Shown piece after piece: positions 28,614 through 37,849 of a stretch of 64,000 nt of DNA; position 1 is the stretch's first letter, and each line of letters begins with the position of its first letter. Made by a program: the position numbers and the translations under genes. The notes under the pieces were generated by a model. It saw only the letters and a list, made by a program, of their open reading frames with translations, ran no database searches and was not told the origin of the DNA. Location: NCBI GenBank assembly GCA_041499475.1, contig JBGQKI010000009.1, positions 1,392-65,391 on the forward strand. The letters run 5' to 3'. Origin of the DNA: Thermoplasmata archaeon (GTDB lineage: Archaea; Thermoplasmatota; DTKX01; DATEUP01).

Positions 28614-29189
28614 TTACTCCTCCTCGCCCCAATTTTGCGCCAGGTAGGCGACGAGCCCCGGAGTCACGATGACCTTGTCCCCCGAGACGGGGTACCCGTA
28701 GGGCAGTTCGATGTCCATCCCGTCGGCGTGGCGCACGGTGAGCCGAGTTGTGAATTCAAGGTCCTCGAGCTTGGCGCCCAGCGCGATCGCGCGCGCCGCA
28801 AAGACCGCGATGTCGATGGGCAGCTGAATCGCGCCTAGGTGGCGCGCTGGGAATTTCACTCGCCGGGTGAGGAGGGCGGCCGTCCGCCCGCGCATGACCT
28901 CGCCGCCGAGGATCCCGCCCACCACGAGCGTGTCGAATGCGCCGCAGTCGGCGGTCGTGAGCGGTTTGCCAGCCTTCGGGTCGAGCACTGCCGCCTCCCC
29001 CACATCGAGGTCGCGGACCCCGCGCGCGCTAACATGGGCGCCGTCGAGCCGCTGGAGCGCCCGCTGGAGCTTGGGGTCGCGTACATTCGAGAAGGTGACC
29101 TCGCCGCCCCAAAGCTTGCAGGCGTGGGCATACTCAAGCATCAGCCATTCCGAGTGCTTCGGCTCCAAGTTCTCGATGACGAGCCGCAC
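28614..29189 (-). CDS. SPOUT-class SAM-dependent methyltransferase (Sfm1/DUF431-like)
   Basis: VIENLEP..SEW..LEY, LDP.A..PL, VVGGILG...RGRT, RHLG.IQ and ELPYGYP. Confidence 0.85.
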   Translation of the reverse strand: MRLVIENLEPKHSEWLMLEYAHACKLWGGEVTFSNVRDPKLQRALQRLDGAHVSARGVRDLDVGEAAVLDPKAGKPLTTADCGAFDTLVVGGILGGEVMRGRTAALLTRRVKFPARHLGAIQLPIDIAVFAARAIALGAKLEDLEFTTRLTVRHADGMDIELPYGYPVSGDKVIVTPGLVAYLAQNWGEEE

Positions 29190-29296
29190 CGAAGGGACTT
29201 CGGTGCCCTTCCTGCGCGCCTTCAGCTTCTGCGAGCGCACGCGGCGCGCCTCGAAGCGGGCCAGCCCCCCCCCAATGAATAAATCCATCCCGCCCG

Positions 29297-30997
29297 ATGC
29301 AAACGCGCTTGGCTCAACGGAAAGTCGTGCCCGACACGTCCGTCCTCATCGATGGGCGCGTGAGCGACCTCGTCGAAAAGGGCGACCTCAAGGGCGCGCA
29401 AATCATCGTGGCGGAAGCCTCGACCGCCGAGCTCGAGCACCTTGCAAACTCTGGCCGGGGGATCGGCTGGAAAGGGTTGCGCGAGCTTGCCAAGCTGCGC
29501 GAGCACTCGGAGGCCGGGCGCATCAAACTCGAGTTTTACGGGTCAAGGCCGACGGACATCGAGGTCGCGGCTGCGCCGGGCGGTGCCATTGACAATCTGA
29601 TCCGGTCTGTCGCACTCGAAACGGGGGCGGAGCTGATCACTTCCGACCGCGTGCAAAGCGAGGTGGCCCGCGCGAAGGGCGTCCCCGTGACCTACTTCAA
29701 GCCGGTGGTCGCCGAGCAAGTCCAATTCGAGAACCTGCGCCTGCACCAGTTCTTCGACGGCCAGACCTTCAGCGTGCACCTAAAAGAGGGCCTGGCCCCC
29801 CACGCCAAGCGCGGCAAGATCGGGCACGTGCGCTACGGGCCAATCGCGGAAAAGGTCACCACACGCCAGGACCTTTTGGACCTTGCAGGCGAGATCCTCG
29901 ACTTCGCTTCCCGCGACAGCGATTCCTTCATCGAAATCGACCGGCGCGATTCGCGCGTCGTGCAGCTGCGCAACTTCCGCGTCGCCATCGCCTACCCGCC
30001 CTTTTCCGACGGCGTCGAGATCACCGCGGTGCGCCCGGTCACCAAACTTAAGCTCGAAGACTACCGCGTGCCCGGCGAACTCATCGCCAGGCTCGAGGAC
30101 CACCACCGCGGCGTCCTCATCTCCGGCAGGCCCGGCGACGGCAAGTCGACTTTTGCCCAGGCGGTCGCCGAGCACCTGATGAACCGCGGCGCCGTGGTCA
30201 AGACCATGGAGCAGCCGCGCGACATGCAAGTACACGAAGGCATCACGCAGTACTCGGCGCTCGAGGGGGACATGGCGCTCACCTCCGAAATCCTCCTGCT
30301 CGTGCGGCCCGACTTCGTGGTCTACGACGAGGTGCGAAAGACGCGCGACTTCGAGATCTTCGGCGACATGCGCCTCGCGGGAGTGGGGCTCATCGGCGTG
30401 ACCCATGCCAACCGCGCGATCGACGCCATCCAGCGCCTCATCGGGCGCGTCGAGCTTGGCATCATCCCGCAGGTCGTCGACACCGTCATCCACCTCGTCG
30501 ATGGCGAAATCCGGCAGGTGCTCGACCTCGACTTCACCGTGAAGGTGCCCGAGGGCATGTTCCAAGCCGACCTGTCAAGGCCGGTGATCGTGGTGAGCGA
30601 CTTCCTCACACACCGGGAACTCTTCGAGATCTACACCTACGGCGACCAGGTGGTGGTGATGCCGGTGGGCGCGGCGGGTCGGCGCCGGGAGCACCGCCCG
30701 GGGGGCCGGGGCGGCCAGATCGCGCCGCCTTTGACGGAAGGGGACGGCGCGGCAGGCGCTCGCACTGATCGGCCGCCCGGCGGCGCGCGCATGCGCACCC
30801 AAGGCAAGTCGCTCGCTGTCCTCGTTGACCCACGCTGGACGGGCGAAGAGGTCGAGGTGAGCATCGGCGGCGAGCCGCTCTTTGAAGGCGCGGTCGGCCA
30901 CAAAGGGGTCATCCAGGTCTCAAGAAGGAGCCCCCTCGGGCGCCGACTCGAGGATGCCCTCCATGAAGGGACAGCGGTGACGGTCAAGCGGCTCTGA
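29297..30997 (+). CDS. PIN domain + VirB11/PilT-like ATPase (PINA family), KH domain apparently absent; start may be TTG at 29309
   Basis: VPDTSVLIDG PIN; GRPGDGKST Walker A; LVRPD..YDEVR, DMRLAGVG, QRLIGRVELG. Confidence 0.92.
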   Translation: MQTRLAQRKVVPDTSVLIDGRVSDLVEKGDLKGAQIIVAEASTAELEHLANSGRGIGWKGLRELAKLREHSEAGRIKLEFYGSRPTDIEVAAAPGGAIDNLIRSVALETGAELITSDRVQSEVARAKGVPVTYFKPVVAEQVQFENLRLHQFFDGQTFSVHLKEGLAPHAKRGKIGHVRYGPIAEKVTTRQDLLDLAGEILDFASRDSDSFIEIDRRDSRVVQLRNFRVAIAYPPFSDGVEITAVRPVTKLKLEDYRVPGELIARLEDHHRGVLISGRPGDGKSTFAQAVAEHLMNRGAVVKTMEQPRDMQVHEGITQYSALEGDMALTSEILLLVRPDFVVYDEVRKTRDFEIFGDMRLAGVGLIGVTHANRAIDAIQRLIGRVELGIIPQVVDTVIHLVDGEIRQVLDLDFTVKVPEGMFQADLSRPVIVVSDFLTHRELFEIYTYGDQVVVMPVGAAGRRREHRPGGRGGQIAPPLTEGDGAAGARTDRPPGGARMRTQGKSLAVLVDPRWTGEEVEVSIGGEPLFEGAVGHKGVIQVSRRSPLGRRLEDALHEGTAVTVKRL

Positions 30998-31002
30998 AGG
31001 CT

Positions 31003-32085
31003 TCACGCCAGGTCGGGCAGGAGCACCCGGTCGACCGCCCGGTCGTAAATGTGGTTCTTGATCGGGAACAGGTCCTTCAGCGCAAAAGTGAAACCCTCGG
31101 GCTCGCGCGCGACGAACCGCTGCTCGCGGTTGAAGCGCGCCATGGCCACCATCGCCTCCACCTGTTCCTTGAAATTGTGGAACGCGAGCAGCTCGAGGGC
31201 CTCCATGTCGGCCGCCGCCCGGAAGACCACGGGCATCTTGTTGTAGAAGGCCTCTTCCTGCGCCGAACGCACGTCGAGCGTCTGGCTCGGCCGGTAGCGC
31301 TGGTGGAGCAGCACCATCACTTCATACCCGAGCATGTCCAGGTTCGGGATGCGCACGGTGCGGATGAGCTCCAACGCCTCGAAGTGCTTGCGCATCTTCG
31401 TGATCGTCTGGCGCGTGACGTCGATCTGTTTTGCCACGCTACTGTCGTGCATGTCGGGGTTGGCGATGAGCCCGCGGTAGACCTTCTTTTCGATCCTCGA
31501 GAGCTCCACCCCGCTCGCCTGCCGCGCGTAGTCCGAGCGCTCGTCGCGCGCGGGGCGGCGTTCCTCGCGCTCCGTGATCCCGAAATCGCGCGCGAGCAGC
31601 TGCGCGCAGTCGAAGAAGTTCGAGATCCGCGACTGCGTGAACGGGAAGTGGATCGCCTCGTAGCCCTCGGTCAACAGGAACTCGCTCTCCGAGTAAACGC
31701 GGAAGAAGCGCTCCGTGTTCGACTTGGCGGCCGAGTAGTTGCGGTTGAGCGAAAAGGCGAACCCCGCGCGTTCGTCGCTCGCCAGGTAGAAAATCTCCGG
31801 GAAGTCGGCGAGCAGCGACCGGCCGACTTCGAGGCGCTTGTTCTGCGGGATGCTCGCGTTGAGCCTCGCGTAGTTCACCGAGAGCATCTCGCACCCGAGG
31901 TGCTGAAGCTGGGGCACCCGGACCGTCATGAAGTACCCGCGCGACTTGAGCCGGTTCTTGATCGCGGTGACCGTCGAGAGCTTGACGCCCACCTTCTCGG
32001 AAAGCTCGCGGTCGTTCAGGGAGGTGTGGCGCACGAGCGCGTGGAAAACCGTCTTCTCGTTTGCTGAGAGGTCTTTGATCGCCAT
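31003..32085 (-). CDS. Internally duplicated HTH regulator (two Lrp/AsnC-like units)
   Basis: Two similar halves: LS.NEK.V...L...D..(L/V)......T(V/I)T.....TVR(V/I)P.L..LG.E. Confidence 0.8.
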   Translation of the reverse strand: MAIKDLSANEKTVFHALVRHTSLNDRELSEKVGVKLSTVTAIKNRLKSRGYFMTVRVPQLQHLGCEMLSVNYARLNASIPQNKRLEVGRSLLADFPEIFYLASDERAGFAFSLNRNYSAAKSNTERFFRVYSESEFLLTEGYEAIHFPFTQSRISNFFDCAQLLARDFGITEREERRPARDERSDYARQASGVELSRIEKKVYRGLIANPDMHDSSVAKQIDVTRQTITKMRKHFEALELIRTVRIPNLDMLGYEVMVLLHQRYRPSQTLDVRSAQEEAFYNKMPVVFRAAADMEALELLAFHNFKEQVEAMVAMARFNREQRFVAREPEGFTFALKDLFPIKNHIYDRAVDRVLLPDLA

Positions 32086-32288
32086 GAACGGACACCGGGA
32101 AAATCGCATCTAAACAAAAAGATATCGGAGCCCCTCGTTGATTCATAATTCGGCAACCAAGGGCGCCACGCCCCCCCATTACGCTAATCAACCAACCCTT
32201 TTGGTTCAGTCCCCGCGGGCTTGCCTGGGTCAGCCTCTCCGAACGGTTTTATCCCGGGGGCCTGCTTGCCCTGCGGGAGCCGCTGGCC

Positions 32289-33665
32289 ATGACCTCGGAG
32301 AACATCTTCCGCGCCTACGACATCCGGGGCGTGTTCAACGAGGACCTGTTCGTCACCGACGCGGTTGAAATCGGCCACACGTTTGCCGAGTACCTCGGCG
32401 GCAAGGGGCCGGTGGCGCTCGCCCGCGACGGGCGCACGTCCTCGCCCGCCCTCGAGGGCGCCATGGCCGCAGGCCTGGCCGCAAGCGGGGTCCAGGTCGA
32501 GGCGTTCGGCCTGCTCCCGATACCCACGGCGAACTTCGCCACGTGGCAGAGCGGCGCTAAGGCCGGCGTCTACGTCACGGCGTCGCACAACCCGGCGCAG
32601 TACAACGGCGTCCGTTTCCGCCACGGGGACGGGTCCGGCTTTACGACGCAGAACGAGACGATCAAGAAGCTGTTTTTCGAGGGGCGCCGCAGGCGGGCGC
32701 CTTGGAACAAGCTCGGTGCGATCAAGCACGGCGACGCGGCCCACATTGTTGACCGGTATGCCCACTTCCTCCTCAAGCGCCTGCCAGGGATGCGCCCGCT
32801 AAAGGTTGTCCTCGACCCTGGAAACGGCGCCGCGGCCGTGACCGCGCCCCGACTCTTCGCGGAGGCGGGGTTCGTCGTGCATGTGATCAACGGCGATGTC
32901 GACGGCAACTTCCCGAACCGGGACCCGCACCCGACGGCCAAGACGATCGGCGGGTTACGGAAGGCGGTCAAGAAGGAAGGCGCCGCGTTCGGCGTTGCCT
33001 TCGACGGCGACGGCGACCGCTGCGTGTTCGCCGACGACCGCGGCCGCGCGGTACAGACGGACAAGGTCGGGATCATCGTTGCACGCGAGATCGCGCGGCG
33101 CAAGCGCGGCGCCACTATCCTTGCCAACATCCCATGCTCGATGATCGTCGAGGAAGAGCTCCACAAGATCCCGGGGACACGCGTCCAGCGGGTGCGCGTC
33201 GGCGATGTCTTTGTGTGCGAGGCGATTCGCAAGTACGACGCGTCATTTGCCATGGAGATCTCGTCGCACTACTTCCTCCCGGAGTTCTACATCTTCGACG
33301 ACCCGGTGCTCATGGCGCTCAAGGTCGCCCAGGAGGTGGGCGAATCCGGCAAGAAGCTCTCGGAACTCTCCGACGAGATCGCCTCGTACCCGTTCATCGA
33401 GAAGGAGATCCCGGTGAAGGATGAGGTCAAGTTCAAGGCCGTCAAGTGGCTGGTGAAGTACTACCAGGGCAAGGGCTTGGAGGTGGACACCACCGACGGC
33501 GCGAAGGTCCAGATGAAGAACGGCTGGGGGTTGCTCCGCGCCTCGAACACGCAGCCGATGGTGAGGCTCTTTGCCGAAGCCAAAACGAAAGAGGGCCTCA
33601 AGCAAATCGTCAAGGAGATGGAGAAAGACTGCGCGGGGGCCGTCAAAAAGGCTGCGGCTGCGTGA
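32289..33665 (+). CDS. Phosphomannomutase/phosphoglucomutase family phosphohexomutase
   Basis: IFRAYDIRG, TASHNP, FDGDGDR and RASNTQP. Confidence 0.95.
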   Translation: MTSENIFRAYDIRGVFNEDLFVTDAVEIGHTFAEYLGGKGPVALARDGRTSSPALEGAMAAGLAASGVQVEAFGLLPIPTANFATWQSGAKAGVYVTASHNPAQYNGVRFRHGDGSGFTTQNETIKKLFFEGRRRRAPWNKLGAIKHGDAAHIVDRYAHFLLKRLPGMRPLKVVLDPGNGAAAVTAPRLFAEAGFVVHVINGDVDGNFPNRDPHPTAKTIGGLRKAVKKEGAAFGVAFDGDGDRCVFADDRGRAVQTDKVGIIVAREIARRKRGATILANIPCSMIVEEELHKIPGTRVQRVRVGDVFVCEAIRKYDASFAMEISSHYFLPEFYIFDDPVLMALKVAQEVGESGKKLSELSDEIASYPFIEKEIPVKDEVKFKAVKWLVKYYQGKGLEVDTTDGAKVQMKNGWGLLRASNTQPMVRLFAEAKTKEGLKQIVKEMEKDCAGAVKKAAAA

Positions 33666-33674
33666 GGGCGCGGC

Positions 33675-34889
33675 CTACCGCGCCGCAAGGACCACGCTGC
33701 GCACGACCTCGACGAATTGGTCGACCTCAGCGGGCGTGTTGTAGAGGTAAAAGGAGGCCCGCGCCGTCCCCTTCAGGCCGTGCGCGCGGAGCCACGAGTG
33801 GACACAGTGGTTCCCCGAGCGGACCGCGATGTTTGCAGCCTCGTCGAGCATGAGCGCCACATCGTGAGAATCCACGCCGTCCACCACGAACGAATAGATC
33901 GCGCCGCGCTCGTCCGCGCCCTTGGGGCCGATCAGCCTAATCTCCGGCGCGCCCTCGAGCCCCTTGGTGACCCGGCGGTTTAGGGCGCGCACATGCGCCG
34001 AGATCTCCTCCATCCCGGCCGCGTCGAGATAGCGCAGCGCGGCGGCCGCTCCAAGGATCCCCGCATAGTCCTGCAGCCCGCCCTCGAACCTCCGCGGGGG
34101 CTTTAGGAAAACCGCATCCTCGTACGTAGTCTCGGCCACCGTCGAGCCGCCCGGGTTCACCGGGTCCATCCGCTCCAACAATTCCGCGCTCCCGTAGAGC
34201 ACCCCGACCCCCGTGGGCCCGCACATCTTGTGAACCGAGCAGGCGAAGAAGTCGCATCCGAGCTTGCGCACATCGATCGGCTCGTGCGGCGCCGACTGCG
34301 CGCCGTCGAGCAGCACCGCGGCGCCCTTGTCATGCGCGATCTCCGCAATCTCCCGCGCCGGCACCGACGAGCCGTCGAGGTTCGCGGTGTGGCCGACCGA
34401 CACGAGCTTGGTCTTCTTTGTCACCGCCTCCTTGAACGCCTCCAGGTCAAAGTTCTCGTCCATCCCCGAGCGCACGATCGTGTACCGGATCCCGCGCTGC
34501 TTGCGGAGCAAATGCCAAGGCGCCAGGTTGGAGTTGTGCTCCTTGTCGCCCGAGATCACCTCGTCGCCCTTCTGGAGCCCGAACGCATGGGCGACCAGGT
34601 TGATCGCCTCCGTGGTGTTGCGCAGGAACACCACTTCCTCCTTGGTGGGCGCGTTGAAGTGCGCCCGCACGGTCTCCCGTGCATCGTCAACGAGCACCGA
34701 GACCTTCGACGACAGCTTGTGCACCGAGCGCTCGCCGCACATCGGGTATTTTTCGTAGTACTCGACCACCGCATCGATCACGGGGCGAGGTTTCAGCGCC
34801 ATGCAGGCCGAGTCGAGGTAGACAAGCGGCTTGCCCTCGCCCTTTGCCGAGAGGATCGGGAAGTCCGCGCGCAGGCGTTTGACGTCCAT
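33675..34889 (-). CDS. sufS: Cysteine desulfurase, SufS (group II) family
   Basis: YLDSA, EHNSN, DGAQ, SVHKMCGPTG (PLP Lys), VRSGNHC (catalytic Cys), RASFYLYN. Confidence 0.9.
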   Translation of the reverse strand: MDVKRLRADFPILSAKGEGKPLVYLDSACMALKPRPVIDAVVEYYEKYPMCGERSVHKLSSKVSVLVDDARETVRAHFNAPTKEEVVFLRNTTEAINLVAHAFGLQKGDEVISGDKEHNSNLAPWHLLRKQRGIRYTIVRSGMDENFDLEAFKEAVTKKTKLVSVGHTANLDGSSVPAREIAEIAHDKGAAVLLDGAQSAPHEPIDVRKLGCDFFACSVHKMCGPTGVGVLYGSAELLERMDPVNPGGSTVAETTYEDAVFLKPPRRFEGGLQDYAGILGAAAALRYLDAAGMEEISAHVRALNRRVTKGLEGAPEIRLIGPKGADERGAIYSFVVDGVDSHDVALMLDEAANIAVRSGNHCVHSWLRAHGLKGTARASFYLYNTPAEVDQFVEVVRSVVLAAR

Positions 34890-34923
34890 CGAAGCCGTCC
34901 CTCGCTAGCCCGCCTTGCGGTTA

Positions 34924-35172
34924 TTAAGGAAGAGGCCAAGCGCCGGCTGAGAGCCACCACACCCACCCGCGCGCCTTCGGGTCGAGCTCGCCTTCAATCA
35001 GCCCGCGCAAGAGCATCTTCATTAGGAACTTCGCCGGCGAGTCGGGGCACTGCACGCCCCCCGAGTTCGTGGCCGCCTCTACCTCCGCGGTCGACCGGCG
35101 CCGCCCATCGCGGAGGAACCTAAGGATGAAGGCGTTGGCTTCGCCCTCGCTCATGACCCGGCGTTCGCTCAT
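34924..35172 (-). CDS. Small winged-helix-like protein with a CPD motif (82 aa)
   Basis: ATG at 35172; FILRFL...STAEVE...QCPDSPAKFL..M..RGLI.G.....GWVWW. Confidence 0.65.
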   Translation of the reverse strand: MSERRVMSEGEANAFILRFLRDGRRRSTAEVEAATNSGGVQCPDSPAKFLMKMLLRGLIEGELDPKARGWVWWLSAGAWPLP

Positions 35173-35221
35173 CCGGGACTCTCCCCGGCCCAACCGGCCG
35201 CGCAAGACGCCACGGCGCTGC

Positions 35222-36049
35222 CTACGCCTTCGCCTTCCCCTTCGCCTTGGCTGGCACAGGTTCGGTGCCGCCGTTCTTGAGCGCTTTGTAGATCTCGTCG
35301 GCAGCCTTGCGACCGGAGAGGAGCATCCCGCCGAAGGTCGGCCCCATGCGGGGCAGTCCGTGGGCGGTCGCAACAGCCATCCCGGAGATGTAGACGCCGG
35401 GGAAGATGTAGCCGGTCTTCTCCACGACAGCGTCCTCCGACTTCTCCACCCACATCGGGTTCATGCCGGGCAATTCGACCAGGCGGCGCTTGGCAAGGGA
35501 TTGGAGCACGCAGGCGTCGTGGCCGGTGGCGTCTAGCACGAGCTTGCTCTCGAGTGCGATCGGGTCGACGCAGGTAACGTTGTGGGGCAAGGCATTGACC
35601 GGGGTCCAATTGACCACGACGCCGGCCACTTTGCCTTCCTTGAAGATCACATCGTCGAATTGGGTCATGTTAATGATTTTTACGCCCTCGTCGCAGGCAC
35701 CCTTGATGAGAGCCGAGCATGCGTGGGGACCGTCCACCATGAAGAGTCCGGGTGAAGCCTCTTCGTACGGGCAATCAAGTTCGTCAAGGATTTTCTGGGA
35801 GGGAGCGCGGAACGTGTTCTTGTTCATCAGGTAGCCGCCGATCCAGAAGCCGCCGCCGATGTAGTTGTTCTGCTCGATGACTAGGGTCTTTACGCCCTTC
35901 ATGCAGAGGTCGCGGGCGGCCATGAGGCCGGAGGGGCCCCCGCCGACGACGATCACGTCGCTGGTGATGTATTCCTCGAAGTCGCGGGCAAACCCGGAGA
36001 CGATTGCCTTGGTCACAGCTGCTTCGCCGACGTTGGAAAAGATGGGCAT
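35222..36049 (-). CDS. thi4: Thiazole synthase Thi4 (Cys-type)
   Basis: VGGGPSGL, GGGFWIGG, VTCVDP, DATGHD and PRMGPTFGGMLLSG. Confidence 0.96.
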   Translation of the reverse strand: MPIFSNVGEAAVTKAIVSGFARDFEEYITSDVIVVGGGPSGLMAARDLCMKGVKTLVIEQNNYIGGGFWIGGYLMNKNTFRAPSQKILDELDCPYEEASPGLFMVDGPHACSALIKGACDEGVKIINMTQFDDVIFKEGKVAGVVVNWTPVNALPHNVTCVDPIALESKLVLDATGHDACVLQSLAKRRLVELPGMNPMWVEKSEDAVVEKTGYIFPGVYISGMAVATAHGLPRMGPTFGGMLLSGRKAADEIYKALKNGGTEPVPAKAKGKAKA

Positions 36050-36334
36050 TTTGGGTCACCTTCTGGAGTTGTCCAGGTAGCGGTCGGCAAGCGCCGATTT
36101 CGCATTTAAGGGCTTGGTTGGGGCGGTCTGGCAAGGGGGCGCAGAGGCTGGATGTTAAACTCGGAAATCTCGGCTGGTATTGAGGGCCCCACGTTAATAG
36201 GGGATCCCCGCGAGTGGGTGGGGCGAGCCAAGCGCGGCGAAAAGGGGAGGAGTCAGGTGTTTGCAAAGGGTTCGTCAAGGCGTTATACAGACCCGGCGGG
36301 GCCGTTGCCTCCGGGCGGGTTGGAACGGCGAATT

Positions 36335-36520
36335 GTGGCCGAGGTCGCGGTGCAACTTCGGATATCGCCGCGATTTTCCGACGACGGTGCGCCGGAAGGG
36401 ACTTGCGACCGCCCGCTGTCGATCCAGGTCGATGGGCAGAGCGCGGAAGAAGAAAGCGAGCACGAGGTCGACTTGACCGACGAGCTTACCCTTGCGCGCC
36501 GGGACGGCCGGGGCCGGTAG
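36335..36520 (+). CDS. Small acidic hypothetical protein (61 aa; start could be GTG at 36257)
   Basis: TTATAC at ~36283 upstream; coding-like codon pattern, with a Ser-rich antisense frame. Confidence 0.35.
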   Translation: MAEVAVQLRISPRFSDDGAPEGTCDRPLSIQVDGQSAEEESEHEVDLTDELTLARRDGRGR

Positions 36521-36968
36521 GCGCGGGGTATCGGCCCGCGCCGGCGCGGGCGTTTGCAGAAGCGATGGCTGCGTTTGCGGCGGCTCCGACGACGATGGCA
36601 AGGAGCGCGGCGGCGGCGGTGGGCGCGTAGCTGGGGGCGAGCCACGCTGCGGGCAAGAGGGCGCCGGCGGCGGGCGAGAGTGCGCCCAACATGGCGAATC
36701 TTGCGCCGGGCACCCTCGGGCGGTCCCAGGGGAGTTCGACGCTCAGGAAGATGAGCACGGTGGAAGCGCCGAGCATAAGGAGTGCCACAAGGAGGGTGGC
36801 AAGGAGCAAGAGGTCGAGCGCGTACCCGGCGAGCCCAGGGTTGGGAGGGATAAGGAGGCGGCGGGCGGTGGCCGCGGCGGTGAGCGCGAGGCTGACCCAC
36901 AGCCAGGCGAGGCTTTCGCCAAGTGCGGTGCCGCGGGTTGCGTTTCGCTGGCTCATGTGGAGCGCCAC
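36486..36968 (-). CDS. Hypothetical membrane protein (~4 TM)
   Basis: Four hydrophobic segments; same strand as and downstream of dph5. Confidence 0.55.
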   Translation of the reverse strand: MALHMSQRNATRGTALGESLAWLWVSLALTAAATARRLLIPPNPGLAGYALDLLLLATLLVALLMLGASTVLIFLSVELPWDRPRVPGARFAMLGALSPAAGALLPAAWLAPSYAPTAAAALLAIVVGAAANAAIASANARAGAGRYPAPTGPGRPGAQG

Positions 36969-37021
36969 GGGGCGCGGCCATTTGAGAGGGGCGCGGGAGG
37001 AAACCGGCGGGCTTACGCGCC

Positions 37022-37849
37022 CTATTCGGGCGGGAGTTCGTCGGGCTTGGCGCCGCAGAGCACAATGAGCGCCTCGCGCTCCTCGAAATGCAGCGCGCCC
37101 GGGACAATGAGGCAGTGCATCGGGGGACCGAAGTCCATTTGAGCCAGGCGCGAGGCAGCGCCTGCGCGCACGGCGGCGTCGCTCTCGCCGGCACGAGCGA
37201 CGGCAACGGCAAGGGCACGATGTGGAAACGCGTCGCCGCCCACTTTCGCGGATAGTTCGAGGAGTAGGGTGAGCGCCTGCGAGGCGGTCATGTACCGGCC
37301 CTGCTCGCCCTTGATGTCAAGCAAGACGAGCGTGTGGAGGCCTGCGGCCCGGTTCGCCCTAAGGTTCTCAAGGGGCGAGGTGGGGGCGTACCCCTTCTCG
37401 GGCCACGGGAGGGACACGGTGCGGCCTGACTTGTAATGCTGCAGGCCCGCTTCGGAAAACGATGTGTGGGTGATGGACGGGGCAAAGAGGAGGCGGACGG
37501 GGATGCCGCGGCGGACGGCCTCGATGCGCAGCGCGACGTGGGTCGTGGCGGCCATCGGGTCGCCGGGCACGAGGAGCGCCGCGCCGCGGGGGCCTTGGGC
37601 GGCTTCAAGGATTTCCGTGCCCGTTTCGGCGCGCGCGCGGCCGATCCGGGGGATCGCATCGCCGCGTGCGCGCTCAAGGAACGCGAGCGTTTCGGCGGGG
37701 AAGAACGCGGTGTAGTCGTCGGCAAAGACCGCGCCCGCCTGCGCGACCGCGTAAAGCACGGCCGGGGGCACCCCGTCAGGTCCCCGCGGGCCAACACCGA
37801 CGAAGGTCAAGCAAGCGTCGGGGGCGAGCAGGGTTACCCTCCACCTCAC
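37022..37849 (-). CDS. dph5: Diphthine synthase
   Basis: LTFVGVG, DYT, PGDPMAATTH, GLQHYKSGRTVSLP, LHTLVLLDI and DFGPPMHCLIVPG. Confidence 0.92.
   Translation of the reverse strand: MRWRVTLLAPDACLTFVGVGPRGPDGVPPAVLYAVAQAGAVFADDYTAFFPAETLAFLERARGDAIPRIGRARAETGTEILEAAQGPRGAALLVPGDPMAATTHVALRIEAVRRGIPVRLLFAPSITHTSFSEAGLQHYKSGRTVSLPWPEKGYAPTSPLENLRANRAAGLHTLVLLDIKGEQGRYMTASQALTLLLELSAKVGGDAFPHRALAVAVARAGESDAAVRAGAASRLAQMDFGPPMHCLIVPGALHFEEREALIVLCGAKPDELPPE

Noticed and set aside
36050-36330. TPP riboswitch upstream of thi4
   Set aside because: No CUGAGA or ACCUGA core in the correct order, and a TTAAAT TATA about 55 nt upstream of the ATG leaves too short a leader
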